Shown here piece after piece: positions 1 to 10,162 of a DNA stretch of 60,206 bases. Each line of letters begins with the position of its first letter. Within the stretch, counting starts at the first letter, position 1. Both the position numbers and the translations under genes were made by a program. The notes beneath the pieces are model-generated. The model was not told the DNA's origin. It made no database searches and worked only from the letters and a program-made list of their open reading frames with translations. The stretch lies in the sequence record SRR20825010_118; one strand, 5' to 3'.

Positions 1-22
1 ATCGCCCATGCTAGGCACACAC

Positions 23-55
23 AAAAAATGTCCATTGCATATGCAATGGACATTT
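23..55 (-). terminator. Intrinsic terminator of the OmpA gene
   Basis: Perfect 30-bp palindrome AAATGTCCATTGCAT/ATGCAATGGACATTT (26-55). The A-run at 23-28 gives a U-tract on the minus strand just after the stop at 78. Confidence 0.8.
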
Positions 56-77
56 GAATTATAAATATTCTTAGTGG

Positions 78-1247
78 TTAAAACTCCACCACCTCAAACT
101 CAGATCTTCTGTTTAGTTTGTGTTTAGATTCCGGACAGTAGGTGTTATTGTCACATTCGTTCGTTAATTGGGTTTCCCCATATCCATCACCAGTTAACCT
201 TGAAGCGTCTATTCCCTTCTGACCGATCAAATAATCCAAGGTCTGTTTTACCCTCTTTTCAGATAGCCATTGGTTGTATTTCTCAGCTCCTCTGGAATCG
301 GCATGTGAGCCTACTTTTAAGGTCAATGCTGGATTTTCTTCCATCAACATGGCCAACTTGTCCAACAATTCCTTATACGGCTTGCTTAGGTAAGAGGAGT
401 TGAGACTGAAGTATACATTGCCCAAATCTTTGATTTTATTCTCCAAATCTGTCCTTCTCTTGTTCTCTGCATCTTTTCTAGCCTGCTCTTCGGCAGCCAA
501 TCTTGCTTTTTCTTTCTCTTGGGCCAAACGCTCGGCCATAAGTCTGGCCTCTTCTTCTGCCTTTTTAGCAGCAGCTATAGAATCGGAAACCCTTTGATTT
601 TCTTCGATCAGCGCCAATTTCTCCAGTCCTTTCTTGGACAATTCCTTTTCAATTCCAAACCTGTATACCACTCCGGCGGAATGCTGCAACTGCTTGGTGG
701 ATCCTTCCTTTAGTCCCCATTTACCCATGGTATTGAAGTTTAACCCCCATCGATCATTGAACCAGGTATTAAATCCAAAACCTGCATTTCCAGTTGTCCT
801 GCCTACAGAACCAATATCACTATAACCAGCACCAACCTGAAGGAATGGATCAAACCAGCCCGTTTCGCCAATAATCTTGTTCAGATCATAGCTTATCATA
901 CCATCAATGGCGTAATAATCTCTCTCAACAGTATTTATTGCTCCGTCAACCTTCTTGCCTACATCATATTTATTGTACGAACCAACAGCCTTTATGCCAA
1001 GGCCATTTTTAAAAAATCTACCTATACTTATTGATGATGGATAAGGAAGTGCATTCCATGTATCTTTAATACTAAATAAATCATCACCTACTGGTGTTGC
1101 CGAATCGTCCACAATATTGTATCCGACTCCCAAGACCCATGAACTGGTAACGACACTGTCCTTGGCATTAAGTTGTAATTCTTGGGCACCACTATAATTA
1201 TAGGAAATAGCACATAAAAAAGTAATAGCAAACGCGTAGGTTTTCAT
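78..1247 (-). CDS. OmpA family outer membrane protein
   Basis: Signal peptide from ATG 1247 (MKTYAFAITFL...), preferred over TTG 1286. Beta-barrel-like N-terminal half, charged helical linker, and OmpA C-terminal motifs (VYFSLNSS, HADSRG, LSEKR, GYGETQL, NRRSEF). Confidence 0.9.
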   Translation of the reverse strand: MKTYAFAITFLCAISYNYSGAQELQLNAKDSVVTSSWVLGVGYNIVDDSATPVGDDLFSIKDTWNALPYPSSISIGRFFKNGLGIKAVGSYNKYDVGKKVDGAINTVERDYYAIDGMISYDLNKIIGETGWFDPFLQVGAGYSDIGSVGRTTGNAGFGFNTWFNDRWGLNFNTMGKWGLKEGSTKQLQHSAGVVYRFGIEKELSKKGLEKLALIEENQRVSDSIAAAKKAEEEARLMAERLAQEKEKARLAAEEQARKDAENKRRTDLENKIKDLGNVYFSLNSSYLSKPYKELLDKLAMLMEENPALTLKVGSHADSRGAEKYNQWLSEKRVKQTLDYLIGQKGIDASRLTGDGYGETQLTNECDNNTYCPESKHKLNRRSEFEVVEF

Positions 1248-1538
1248 AACAATGTAATTTTGGGATTCTTTATAATCTTTGTCCAAAGCTATGGCAATGT
1301 TAAATGGAGACCATTTAAATTCTACAAAAAGCCTTAAAAATCGTTAAGCGGTTTCCTACAAAACCTGTAATTACGATTTCGAAATCCCAATATTTTTTCA
1401 TCCAAGAAAACGGTATTTTAACCGACAAAATGGGCCTAAAATATTACCTGATGGAATTTCTATGTCCCTAAGACAATTTAGAGGAGTTTAAAAGATATTG
1501 AAGTCTCGTTTTTAATGGAGAACAAAAGTTGATGAACC

Positions 1539-2003
1539 TTAGTCTGATTTGCTGAAACCGATTTCTTTAGGGGTAAGGGGCATTTTATAAATGCTAAAGG
1601 GAGTGGTAGTTACCTCGGTGAATTCCTTCTTGGTAGATGTCTGCTCTTTTGGACCAAATACAATACTATCCTGGGAATTTTTAATAAGAAGCAACTCCGA
1701 TCCGCCGACACCCCTAGTAGTACCTGCACAATATATTAAGAGTAGTTCCTTGCTAAAATCCACCTCTGGAATTGGAAGACCTGGCTTTCTGGCCCTGTTT
1801 ATTTGAATAAAAAAATTCCTTAATGCCTTTGGGTCCCTTACAACTTGAAATTCCGATTCTTCAACCCCACTATAATTATCCTTTAAAACTAGTTGCAGTT
1901 CCTTTGAATTTTGAATGGTACTATCCGCCTTATCCTTGGACGCACCTTTTTGCCCAGAACAGGAAATTCCCAAAAGGCATATAAGTAATATTAATAATCG
2001 CAT
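1539..2003 (-). CDS. Lipoprotein, PrcB C-terminal-like (protease complex subunit family)
   Basis: Lipobox GISC and P-x-VDF motif. The start overlaps the bshA stop, implying translational coupling. Confidence 0.6.
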   Translation of the reverse strand: MRLLILLICLLGISCSGQKGASKDKADSTIQNSKELQLVLKDNYSGVEESEFQVVRDPKALRNFFIQINRARKPGLPIPEVDFSKELLLIYCAGTTRGVGGSELLLIKNSQDSIVFGPKEQTSTKKEFTEVTTTPFSIYKMPLTPKEIGFSKSD

Positions 2004-3151
2004 TAATTTTGCTGTAAACTTTCGTGTCTCGCCAATAAGGCCTTTTCATATATTGCCTCGTACAATGGTAGCACTTTCAAGATATCAAAATCCATAGCGG
2101 CTTTGGCCGCATTGTTCTTGAACTTCTCTAAAGTTTGGTCGTCGCTCAATATCTTAAGTGCATTTTCGGCCATCTCCTCTACATTGCCTACATCGCTTAA
2201 ATAGCCAGTGATGCCTTGACGGTTAACTTCCGGTATTCCCCCTGTATTACTTGAAATTATGGCTACCCTATTGATCATTGCCTCCAAAGCGGCCAGTCCA
2301 AAACTTTCTGTCTGCGACGGCAAAAGGAAGAGATCCGAAAAACATAAAATCCTATCAATTTCATTACTATTACCCAAAAAGATTACCTTACTGGCAATCC
2401 CAAGCTCCTCGCACAAACGTTCGGCACCTTCTTTTTCAGGCCCCTCCCCCACCATGATCAACTTGGCGGGTATTTGTTTTTGAATCTTATTAAAAATATG
2501 TATCACGTCAGGAATGCGCTTTACCTTTCTAAAATTACTGATGTGGGTTATAATTTTTTCATCTTCCGAGGCCATCAGGGAACGCTGACAGTCTGTGAAG
2601 TGCATGCTGTATTTCCTTTTATCTATAAAATTCGGGACAACCTCTATTTCATTTTTTATATCGAACAATTCCAGCGTACTCTCCTTGAGGTTTTGGGAAA
2701 CCGAGGTAACCACATCGGACTGATTTATACTAAAATTGACTGCAGGCCTATAAAACGGATGTTTGCCAACTAAGGTTATATCCGTACCGTGCAAGGTGGT
2801 AACCATAGGGATATAAATTCCCTCCTCCTCCAACATCTTCTTGGCCATATACCCGGCATAAGCGTGCGGAATGGCATAATGCACATGCAATAACTCAATG
2901 CCAAACAACTTAATAGTATCTACCAGCTTACTGGAAAGAGCCAATTCATACGGTTGGTAATGGAACAAGGGGTACTCAGGTACGTGTACCTCATGAAAGT
3001 AAATCTTATTGCTCAGCAACTCCAAACGCACTGGTTGGCGGTAAGTAATGAAATGGACTTCATGCCCTCTATTTGCCAGGGCAATTCCCAATTCTGTTGC
3101 CACTACCCCGCTACCTCCAAAAGTGGGATAACATACTATTGCTATTTTCAT
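2003..3151 (-). CDS. bshA: N-acetyl-alpha-D-glucosaminyl L-malate synthase (GT4), bacillithiol biosynthesis
   Basis: CYPTFGGSGVVATELG, LHVHYAIPHA, TTLHGTDITLVG, HISNFRKVKR and ESFGLAALEAM motifs typical of BshA. Confidence 0.92.
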   Translation of the reverse strand: MKIAIVCYPTFGGSGVVATELGIALANRGHEVHFITYRQPVRLELLSNKIYFHEVHVPEYPLFHYQPYELALSSKLVDTIKLFGIELLHVHYAIPHAYAGYMAKKMLEEEGIYIPMVTTLHGTDITLVGKHPFYRPAVNFSINQSDVVTSVSQNLKESTLELFDIKNEIEVVPNFIDKRKYSMHFTDCQRSLMASEDEKIITHISNFRKVKRIPDVIHIFNKIQKQIPAKLIMVGEGPEKEGAERLCEELGIASKVIFLGNSNEIDRILCFSDLFLLPSQTESFGLAALEAMINRVAIISSNTGGIPEVNRQGITGYLSDVGNVEEMAENALKILSDDQTLEKFKNNAAKAAMDFDILKVLPLYEAIYEKALLARHESLQQN

Positions 3152-3325
3152 CTGTTTATTTTTAATTCATTTTAGAGGTTGTATGACTTGGCATGCCTCA
3201 AGGATCCCTTAGCTATTGGCCTAAAAAACCTAAGTCGGACGAATATGGATAAAATTTCAGAATGCTTAAACAAAATGATAATTTCCTCCTATAAACCTCA
3301 GTTTATATTTATACAAAGTAAAGAT

Positions 3326-6250
3326 TTAATTTATAATCGCTTCATAAATGGCCTTCTGAATCCGTGTTCTTAACCCAGATTTAACCAATAGTGTATTTGA
3401 AGCTGAGGGGTAGGTACGGTTGGACAAAAAAACATATACCAAATCCTTTTCGGGATCGGCCCAGGTATAAGTACCGGTAAAACCACTATGTCCGAAACTT
3501 TTCCTTGAAACTAAACTGCAGGCCGGGCCACCCCCATGTGGTTCTGGTTTATCGAAACCAATACCACGCCTTACATTTCTATCACAAAAGTAGCAGGTAT
3601 TGAACTTCTTGATCGTTCTGGCCTCCAAAAACTGTTGTCCCCCATAAAAACCATTTTGAAGATACATCTGCATAATCTTGGCCACATCATTCGCATTGCT
3701 AAAAAGTCCGGCATGCCCCCCTACTCCGCCCTGCATAGCTGCCCCCATATCATGCACATACCCTTGTACCGTCTGGTATCTATAATAATTATCCTCCTCC
3801 GAAGGAACAATATCCCCCTTTAGAAATCTATCCAGAGGATTAAAACCGGTACGTGTAGCGCCTATTGGCTTATACAAAAACTCTTCTGCCAAACCATCCA
3901 ACCGCTCCTTATAGGTATCCTCAATATACTTTTTCATCACATAGTAGGCTATGTCACTATAGCGATACCTGTTGGATTTTAGATGTTGTCTCCCAATCCT
4001 GTTATATATAGAATCCTTATACACATCCTTTATGTACAATTGATCCGCCACCTTAAAAGAATAACCGCTGGTTGGTTGCTGTCTGTAAAATTCGCTGGAA
4101 GGTTTTCGTTTGTCATCCAAAGTATCTATATAAAAAGCGATCCAAGCGGGCAACCTACCGTAGTGCGATAGCGCCTTTAGGACAGTGACATTTTTTAGGT
4201 CAGAATTGGAATAGGCCGGTATAAGTTCCTCGAAGGTATTGTCCAAGGCAATTTTCCCCTCCTCCTCCATCTTCATGACCATGGGCAGGGTTGCCAAAAT
4301 CTTGGTTATGGATGCCAAATCATAAATATGGTCCGGTGTTATTTTTTCGTCAGAATCATAGGTTGGCTTTCCAAACCCCTTATTGTAAATTACCTTTCCC
4401 CTCCTCGCTACAACAATCTGTGCTCCTGGAAACATCAAGGAGTCTATTCCATTTTTGACCATTTGATCTACCCTTGCCAATTTACTGGAACTTATACCAA
4501 CCCTCTCCGGAAAACTATATCCCAAACGCATCAAAGATTCCAATGGAATAGTTGTATTGACAGGAAAATCGGGATGGGAAGTAACGGGTAAAACCCCTTT
4601 TGCAGGAAGGGCCCCAAAAATTACCTGCGCCGTTTTTTCCTGGGCTATTTCACTATTTTGATATCCCAAGATCACCGCGTCGATACTTTCGAAAGACGTC
4701 ACATCCAAAAGAGCGTAGGGCTTTGCAAATATAGCCAGAATAAGATTGGAGGTGCGCTCCCTCGCTATTTCCCCCAACCAGGAAAGTTCATTTTTAGTGA
4801 ATTTATAGGCTTTCCATGGACTCTCATTGCTCTTGTGCAGGCCAATGATCACCAAATTATAATCACTTAACTTCTGTTTTAAGGTGGTTATATCCTTACC
4901 GTTTATCTGCGTTACTGTAGCGTATTTGTTCAATTCCTTCAGAAAGGGATCACTATCTGCATCCCCGAATTTAACATAGGCAATTTTCTTATTTTCCAAC
5001 TTCTTGATCGCCATCAAAGAAAAATCGTTTTTAACCACGGTAATGGCGTTCTCGATAGCCTCCTCATAAAGTACATCATCGTCCAATGAATTTAAATCTT
5101 CATAAAGATTATTGGTGTCTATAGGTTTATAGTCATTAAGTCCCACCTTATACTTTGCCATCAAAATCTTCTTAACGGAAGTAGCCAGTCTATTTTCCGT
5201 AATCCTACCTTTATTATAGGCTTCCAAAAGTTTGGACTTCGCCTTGGCAACATCCAAAGGCATTAATAGAATATCGTTCCCTGCCAAAAACGCGGAAAGT
5301 TCTACCTCGCCTTCCTTGGCAAAATTGGATACTCCCTTCATATTTAGTGCATCGGTGAATACCAATCCTTTGAAGTTAAGCTGTTCCTGCAAAACATCCC
5401 CAATTATCTGCTCGGATAAGGAAGATGGATAGCCTTCTTTGATTTCCAAGCTAGGTACACTTAAATGGGCCACCATAACACTACTGAGGCCCTCCTTGAT
5501 CAATTTCCGATAAGGATATAGCTCAATACTGTCCAAACGTTCCCTTGTAAAATCGATTACCGGTAAAGCTTTGTGCGAATCCACAGCGGTATCCCCATGT
5601 CCTGGAAAATGCTTCCCACTTGATAAAACTCCGGCGTTTTCCATACCTTTCATATAGGCAATCCCTTTTTGGGCTACATTCTCACGATCCTCACCAAAAG
5701 AGCGATTCCCAATTATTGGATTCTGCGGATTAATATTGATATCAATGTCAGGGGCAAAATTAATGTGCACCCCCAATCTTTTGGCGTGTTTACCTATCCT
5801 ATTCCCAACTTTTTCCACAATGGCATTATCCTTAATTGCCCCCAAGGTCATATTCCATGGAAAGGCATAGGTAGAATCCAATCTCATTGCCAGACCCCAT
5901 TCGGCATCCATGCCTATCATTAGGGGAACTTTCGAATTCCTTTGAAAATCGTTGGTCAATTTTGCCTGACGTACCGGACCCCCTGTAGAAAAAATGACAC
6001 CGCCAATATGATGGTCCTTGATCAAGCTTTTTGTTTTTTCTGTACTGGCCTTATCCTGATCCGAAGTAACCATAACCATAAACAACTGTCCCAACCTTTC
6101 ATCGAGGGACATTTGGCTATATGTCGTCTCTACCCAATTGCGTTGAACCAAAGTATCCTTGGTAACCAAAGGGTTTATTTGACCTTGAACAGTGTATATT
6201 GAAATTATAAATAGTAATACGAGGTAATTAATGCGCATAAAAAAATCCAT
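3326..6250 (-). CDS. GH3 beta-N-acetylglucosaminidase fused to a C-terminal beta-lactamase-family serine hydrolase
   Basis: GH3 NagZ-type KHFPGHGDTxxDSH and TDAL motifs. C-terminal SxxK (ASITK), YSD and HSG motifs. Signal peptide present. Confidence 0.9.
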   Translation of the reverse strand: MDFFMRINYLVLLFIISIYTVQGQINPLVTKDTLVQRNWVETTYSQMSLDERLGQLFMVMVTSDQDKASTEKTKSLIKDHHIGGVIFSTGGPVRQAKLTNDFQRNSKVPLMIGMDAEWGLAMRLDSTYAFPWNMTLGAIKDNAIVEKVGNRIGKHAKRLGVHINFAPDIDININPQNPIIGNRSFGEDRENVAQKGIAYMKGMENAGVLSSGKHFPGHGDTAVDSHKALPVIDFTRERLDSIELYPYRKLIKEGLSSVMVAHLSVPSLEIKEGYPSSLSEQIIGDVLQEQLNFKGLVFTDALNMKGVSNFAKEGEVELSAFLAGNDILLMPLDVAKAKSKLLEAYNKGRITENRLATSVKKILMAKYKVGLNDYKPIDTNNLYEDLNSLDDDVLYEEAIENAITVVKNDFSLMAIKKLENKKIAYVKFGDADSDPFLKELNKYATVTQINGKDITTLKQKLSDYNLVIIGLHKSNESPWKAYKFTKNELSWLGEIARERTSNLILAIFAKPYALLDVTSFESIDAVILGYQNSEIAQEKTAQVIFGALPAKGVLPVTSHPDFPVNTTIPLESLMRLGYSFPERVGISSSKLARVDQMVKNGIDSLMFPGAQIVVARRGKVIYNKGFGKPTYDSDEKITPDHIYDLASITKILATLPMVMKMEEEGKIALDNTFEELIPAYSNSDLKNVTVLKALSHYGRLPAWIAFYIDTLDDKRKPSSEFYRQQPTSGYSFKVADQLYIKDVYKDSIYNRIGRQHLKSNRYRYSDIAYYVMKKYIEDTYKERLDGLAEEFLYKPIGATRTGFNPLDRFLKGDIVPSEEDNYYRYQTVQGYVHDMGAAMQGGVGGHAGLFSNANDVAKIMQMYLQNGFYGGQQFLEARTIKKFNTCYFCDRNVRRGIGFDKPEPHGGGPACSLVSRKSFGHSGFTGTYTWADPEKDLVYVFLSNRTYPSASNTLLVKSGLRTRIQKAIYEAIIN

Positions 6251-6341
6251 CTTTGATGGTAACTAAGAATTATTTGAATTATTGTACTTATCCGAAAAGA
6301 ACCCAAACCTATAGTTTAGCTGTCTTTTAAACCGATTAAGC

Positions 6342-6824
6342 TTACATAAAACGACCATGCCAGCTCTCCTCTGCCGGCACCTCCCAATGATTCTGGTATT
6401 CGTGCTTATTGGTAACCAAATTATTAAAGACAATGGTGTTTTTGGAAACAGCTTTTTGCTTGGCCATTTTCTTGAAGTCGACCAAGGATTTGTAAGCTAC
6501 AAAATCGCCCTGTTTATAAGAAACATTCATTTTGTCCAACAATTCCACCTTGTATTTTTGCTCCATCTGCTGAATAAAGCGTACAGAAGCATCTATAGAG
6601 CATCCACTGGCAGCGTTAAGGGTCTGATCCAAGGCTAGGATGATAAATCTATTATACCTAATTTCATAGCCGGCGCGCAAATCGCTACCATGAGCAGTCC
6701 AATCCGCTATAAAGGCATCCAATTCTTTCCTCAACTGCTGTAATTCCTCTTCAGAAAAACTTCTGCTAGCTTGAAAGATCCAAACTCTAGATTCATCCGG
6801 TAATGTGTTAAATTCTACGAGCAT
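6342..6824 (-). CDS. Conserved Bacteroidota hypothetical protein
   Basis: 160-aa ORF with SRVWIFQ, WTAHG and ASGCSID motifs. No Walker A/B motifs. Confidence 0.7.
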   Translation of the reverse strand: MLVEFNTLPDESRVWIFQASRSFSEEELQQLRKELDAFIADWTAHGSDLRAGYEIRYNRFIILALDQTLNAASGCSIDASVRFIQQMEQKYKVELLDKMNVSYKQGDFVAYKSLVDFKKMAKQKAVSKNTIVFNNLVTNKHEYQNHWEVPAEESWHGRFM

Positions 6825-7004
6825 TTATTAAATTTTTAATGTTCACCCAAACGATTTTCCTATTTAATATATCGTTCGGTTCTATTCTACCTGGTCTTGA
6901 TCTTGGTCTGTCTAATCTAAAGTATGGTTATTTCCTATTATGTTGATTTCCTCTATAGCTATTCAAAGTAGCCCCAGGATATCATGTTTATTGTTTCGCC
7001 ATAT

Positions 7005-7796
7005 TTACAAATCCTCTGCACTGGCGATCAACTCGGCAATATCCATTACCGCCACGGAGGACTCTTTTTCCTTATTTTTTACCCCATCGGTCAACATGGT
7101 GTTGCAAAATGGACAACCGGCTGCTATTATTTCGGGTTTGGTTTCCAAGGCCTGTTCTGTACGTTCAATGTTAACATCCTTATTACCTTTTTCCGGTTCT
7201 TTGAACATTTGGGCCCCTCCAGCACCACAACACAATCCACGTTTTTTACAATTCTTCATTTCCACCAGTTCGGCATCCAACTTGCGTATCAAATCGCGTG
7301 GTGCTTCATACACATTGTTGGCCCTACCCAAATAACATGGGTCGTGAAAAGTAATTCTTTTACCTTTAAACTGACCACCTTCCATACTGATACGGCCTTC
7401 ATCCAACAATTGTTTTAGAAATTGGGTATGATGAACCACCTCATAATTACCGCCAAGGCCAGGATATTCATTTTTAAGGGTATTAAAACAATGAGGACAA
7501 GCCGTAACCACTTTCTTTACCTCATAGGCGTTTAAAACCTCTATGTTGGTCACTGCCTGCATTTGAAACAAAAATTCATTTCCCGCTCTTTTTGCGGGAT
7601 CTCCCGTACAGCTCTCCTCGGTACCCAATACGGCAAAGCTAACATTTGCCTTGTTCAAAATCTTTACAAAAGCCTTCGTTATTTTTTTTGCCCGATCATC
7701 AAAACTTCCAGCGCAGCCCACCCAAAACAATACTTCCGGTTGCTGGCCTGCTGCAAAAAGTTCTGCCATTGTGGGTACTTTCAATTCATTTTCCAT
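7005..7796 (-). CDS. CCG-domain Fe-S-binding oxidoreductase subunit
   Basis: WVGC, ESCTG, TACPHC, FHDPCYLGR, CCGAGG and GCPFC motifs. Start set at ATG 7796 (MENELKV) to avoid overlap with the upstream gene. Confidence 0.85.
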   Translation of the reverse strand: MENELKVPTMAELFAAGQQPEVLFWVGCAGSFDDRAKKITKAFVKILNKANVSFAVLGTEESCTGDPAKRAGNEFLFQMQAVTNIEVLNAYEVKKVVTACPHCFNTLKNEYPGLGGNYEVVHHTQFLKQLLDEGRISMEGGQFKGKRITFHDPCYLGRANNVYEAPRDLIRKLDAELVEMKNCKKRGLCCGAGGAQMFKEPEKGNKDVNIERTEQALETKPEIIAAGCPFCNTMLTDGVKNKEKESSVAVMDIAELIASAEDL

Positions 7797-7812
7797 GATA
7801 ACGGTAATTTCT

Positions 7813-9138
7813 TTATGATTCCTTGGACCAGTTAAGCCTATCCATTTGATTGAATGGCCAAGGAGCCCCATTATTTTCAATATTTCCCATCATATTATTT
7901 AAATCCGATGGCGCAGCGGATTGTTCCATAACCAAATATTGGCGCATATCCATTATTATGGACAAAGGATCAATACTAACAGGGCAGGCCTCTACACAAG
8001 CATTACACGAGGTACATGCCCAAAGCTCCTCATGTGTTATATAGTCTCCCAATAACTGTTTACCATCTGCAACGAACTCTCCCTTATTGGCATCAATATT
8101 CTTGCCAACTTCTTCCAACCTATCCCTTGTGTCCATCATAATCTTCCGTGGGGATAATTTCTTACCCGTTTGGTTGGCCGGACATTCACTGGTACATCGC
8201 CCACATTCAGTACAGGTGTAGGCGTTAAGCAGTTGTACCCATTTAAGATCCATGACATCTGAAGCTCCAAATTTTTCTGGCACAGGTGCATTCTCATCAG
8301 GGGCAGCGAAGGGATCCGCACTTGGATCCATCATTAACCTCACTTCCTTGGTCACCGCCTCTAAATTATCGAACTGGCCCTTAGGTTTAAGCCTTCCAAA
8401 ATAGGTGTTCGGAAACGCCAACAAAATATGTAAGTGCTTGGAATAATATAAATAATTCAGGAACATTAGAATACCAACAATATGTAACCACCATGCCGAT
8501 CTTTCTATCACAATGATGGAGGATACAAACATTTCTTGAAATAAGGGGGCGATAAACTGGCTCACAGGAAAAGCCCCTGCCTTGGTATAATGGGCCACGT
8601 CCATTTGCTGTAATTGATAATCAGAGGCATTCATGGTCAGAAAAAGTACCATCAGGACCAATTCTATATACAGAATTAAATTTCCATCTTTTTTTGGCCA
8701 CCCGCTCATCTCTGGATTCAGGAATCTCTTCAACTTAATAAGGTTTCTGCGAATCCAAAAAACAACCACTGCTATAATTACCAACAAGGCAAGAATTTCA
8801 AACGATCCTATTAGAAAACTGTAAAATCCACCTAAAAAGGCAAATATCCTATGGGTACCAAAAAGACCATCTATAATAATCTCCAACACCTCCAGATTAA
8901 TAATGATAAAACCTAGATAGACAATGATATGAAGAATCCCTGGAATAGGACGTACTACCATTTTGGTCTGTCCCAGTGCAATCCTGAACATATTGTTCCA
9001 CCGTTGGGATTTATTATCACTGGTGTCTACCGCTTTGCCCAATTTTATATTTCGGGAGAGCTTTTTAATATTTTTTGCAAAAAATCCAATTCCCGCAAAA
9101 AGTACAATTGCAAAAATAATATTAGGAATATAATCCAT
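7813..9138 (-). CDS. Membrane-bound 4Fe-4S dicluster oxidoreductase subunit (FadF/HdrD-like N-terminal half)
   Basis: Several transmembrane segments, plus CTECGRCTSECP and CTSCNACVEACP ferredoxin motifs. Confidence 0.85.
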   Translation of the reverse strand: MDYIPNIIFAIVLFAGIGFFAKNIKKLSRNIKLGKAVDTSDNKSQRWNNMFRIALGQTKMVVRPIPGILHIIVYLGFIIINLEVLEIIIDGLFGTHRIFAFLGGFYSFLIGSFEILALLVIIAVVVFWIRRNLIKLKRFLNPEMSGWPKKDGNLILYIELVLMVLFLTMNASDYQLQQMDVAHYTKAGAFPVSQFIAPLFQEMFVSSIIVIERSAWWLHIVGILMFLNYLYYSKHLHILLAFPNTYFGRLKPKGQFDNLEAVTKEVRLMMDPSADPFAAPDENAPVPEKFGASDVMDLKWVQLLNAYTCTECGRCTSECPANQTGKKLSPRKIMMDTRDRLEEVGKNIDANKGEFVADGKQLLGDYITHEELWACTSCNACVEACPVSIDPLSIIMDMRQYLVMEQSAAPSDLNNMMGNIENNGAPWPFNQMDRLNWSKES

Positions 9139-9149
9139 ATTGTGATTCT

Positions 9150-10106
9150 CTATTTTTCGGCCGGGTCTTCTTCAGGAATGGCATAATCTATTTGCTTTTT
9201 GCCAAATACGGAAACATTTACATACCTTTTTGGATTTAAGCGAAAATCCTGCAAAAGTAAATCCAGTTCCCTTGAGGCGTCTGCTAGATTGTTATAAAGT
9301 GCTTTGTCGTTAACCAATTTTCCCAAAGAACCTTCACCTCCTTCAATTTTGGCCATCATATCGTTAATGTTGCCCATAGTGAACTGTAATTTTTTTATAG
9401 TCTCACCCAAACCGGCATTGGCCAGTGTATCTGAAAGCTTGTTAAAATTATCTGTAATGACACCCAAATTACTAATGGATTTGTCAAGGTCATCCTTGTT
9501 ATCCGTTAGAATTTGGTTTAGGGAATTAGCGCTGCCCTGAAAACTTTTCACCAATTGGTTCAATCCTGCAATACTTTCCCTTAAGTCCTTTTTAGTTTTT
9601 ATATCCAAAATATCATTAACATTCATCAGTAGGGAATCCGCATTGGTTACCGCGCCTTCCACTTTCATTTGCAGGGGAGTCAAGCGTTGTTGTACCAATT
9701 CCGTAAGCCCCGGTCTGGTACTCGAAGGTAAGGTGTCTCCTGATTTGGCCATAACGGCATCATCAAAAACAGGCTTTATCTGTATTCCCTTTCCGCCTAT
9801 AATTCCAGTATCATATAATTCCGCATTACTATTTTTGGAAAAAGAGAAGCCGTTGTCTACGGTAAAGGTTACCAAAAGATTCCCAGAGGCATCATTGAAT
9901 TTAATATCATTAACCTTCCCAACGGTGAAACCATTGATAGTAACCTGCGTCCCGGATTGTAATCCTCCCACATGGTGATATACTGCATAGAAAGTCTTGC
10001 TATTATCGAAAAGAGGTGTAGATTTTAAATAACTAAAACCAAGTATGAACAAAAGGATACCCCCCAAGACTATAATACCCGTTTTTATTTCCCTAGATAT
10101 TTTCAA
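9150..10106 (-). CDS. MlaD/MCE family protein
   Basis: N-terminal anchor (EIKTGIIVLGG), MCE domain (VGGL...VTINGFTVGKV), helical region, and GSLGKL...DFRLNPKRYV C-terminus. TTG start. Confidence 0.88.
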   Translation of the reverse strand: MKISREIKTGIIVLGGILLFILGFSYLKSTPLFDNSKTFYAVYHHVGGLQSGTQVTINGFTVGKVNDIKFNDASGNLLVTFTVDNGFSFSKNSNAELYDTGIIGGKGIQIKPVFDDAVMAKSGDTLPSSTRPGLTELVQQRLTPLQMKVEGAVTNADSLLMNVNDILDIKTKKDLRESIAGLNQLVKSFQGSANSLNQILTDNKDDLDKSISNLGVITDNFNKLSDTLANAGLGETIKKLQFTMGNINDMMAKIEGGEGSLGKLVNDKALYNNLADASRELDLLLQDFRLNPKRYVNVSVFGKKQIDYAIPEEDPAEK

Positions 10107-10162
10107 AAGCTTTTATTTTCAGTTCCTAACAAAATTAGAAATAATTTTTAGAAGAGTGACTA

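Noticed and set aside
6878-6920. TCT/TCTA-rich degenerate short repeats in an intergenic gap
   Set aside because: Too short and irregular to call a tandem repeat or array.
7797-7880. N-terminal extension of the CCG protein to 7880
   Set aside because: It overlaps the upstream gene and starts at TTG. ATG 7796 gives a clean operon arrangement.
10126-10138. CTAA-N5-TTAG palindrome as a possible SOS box before mlaD
   Set aside because: It coincides with the TAATTTTG -7 element on the minus strand and precedes a non-repair gene. Only partial matches occur upstream of dnaE2 and the exonuclease fusion.
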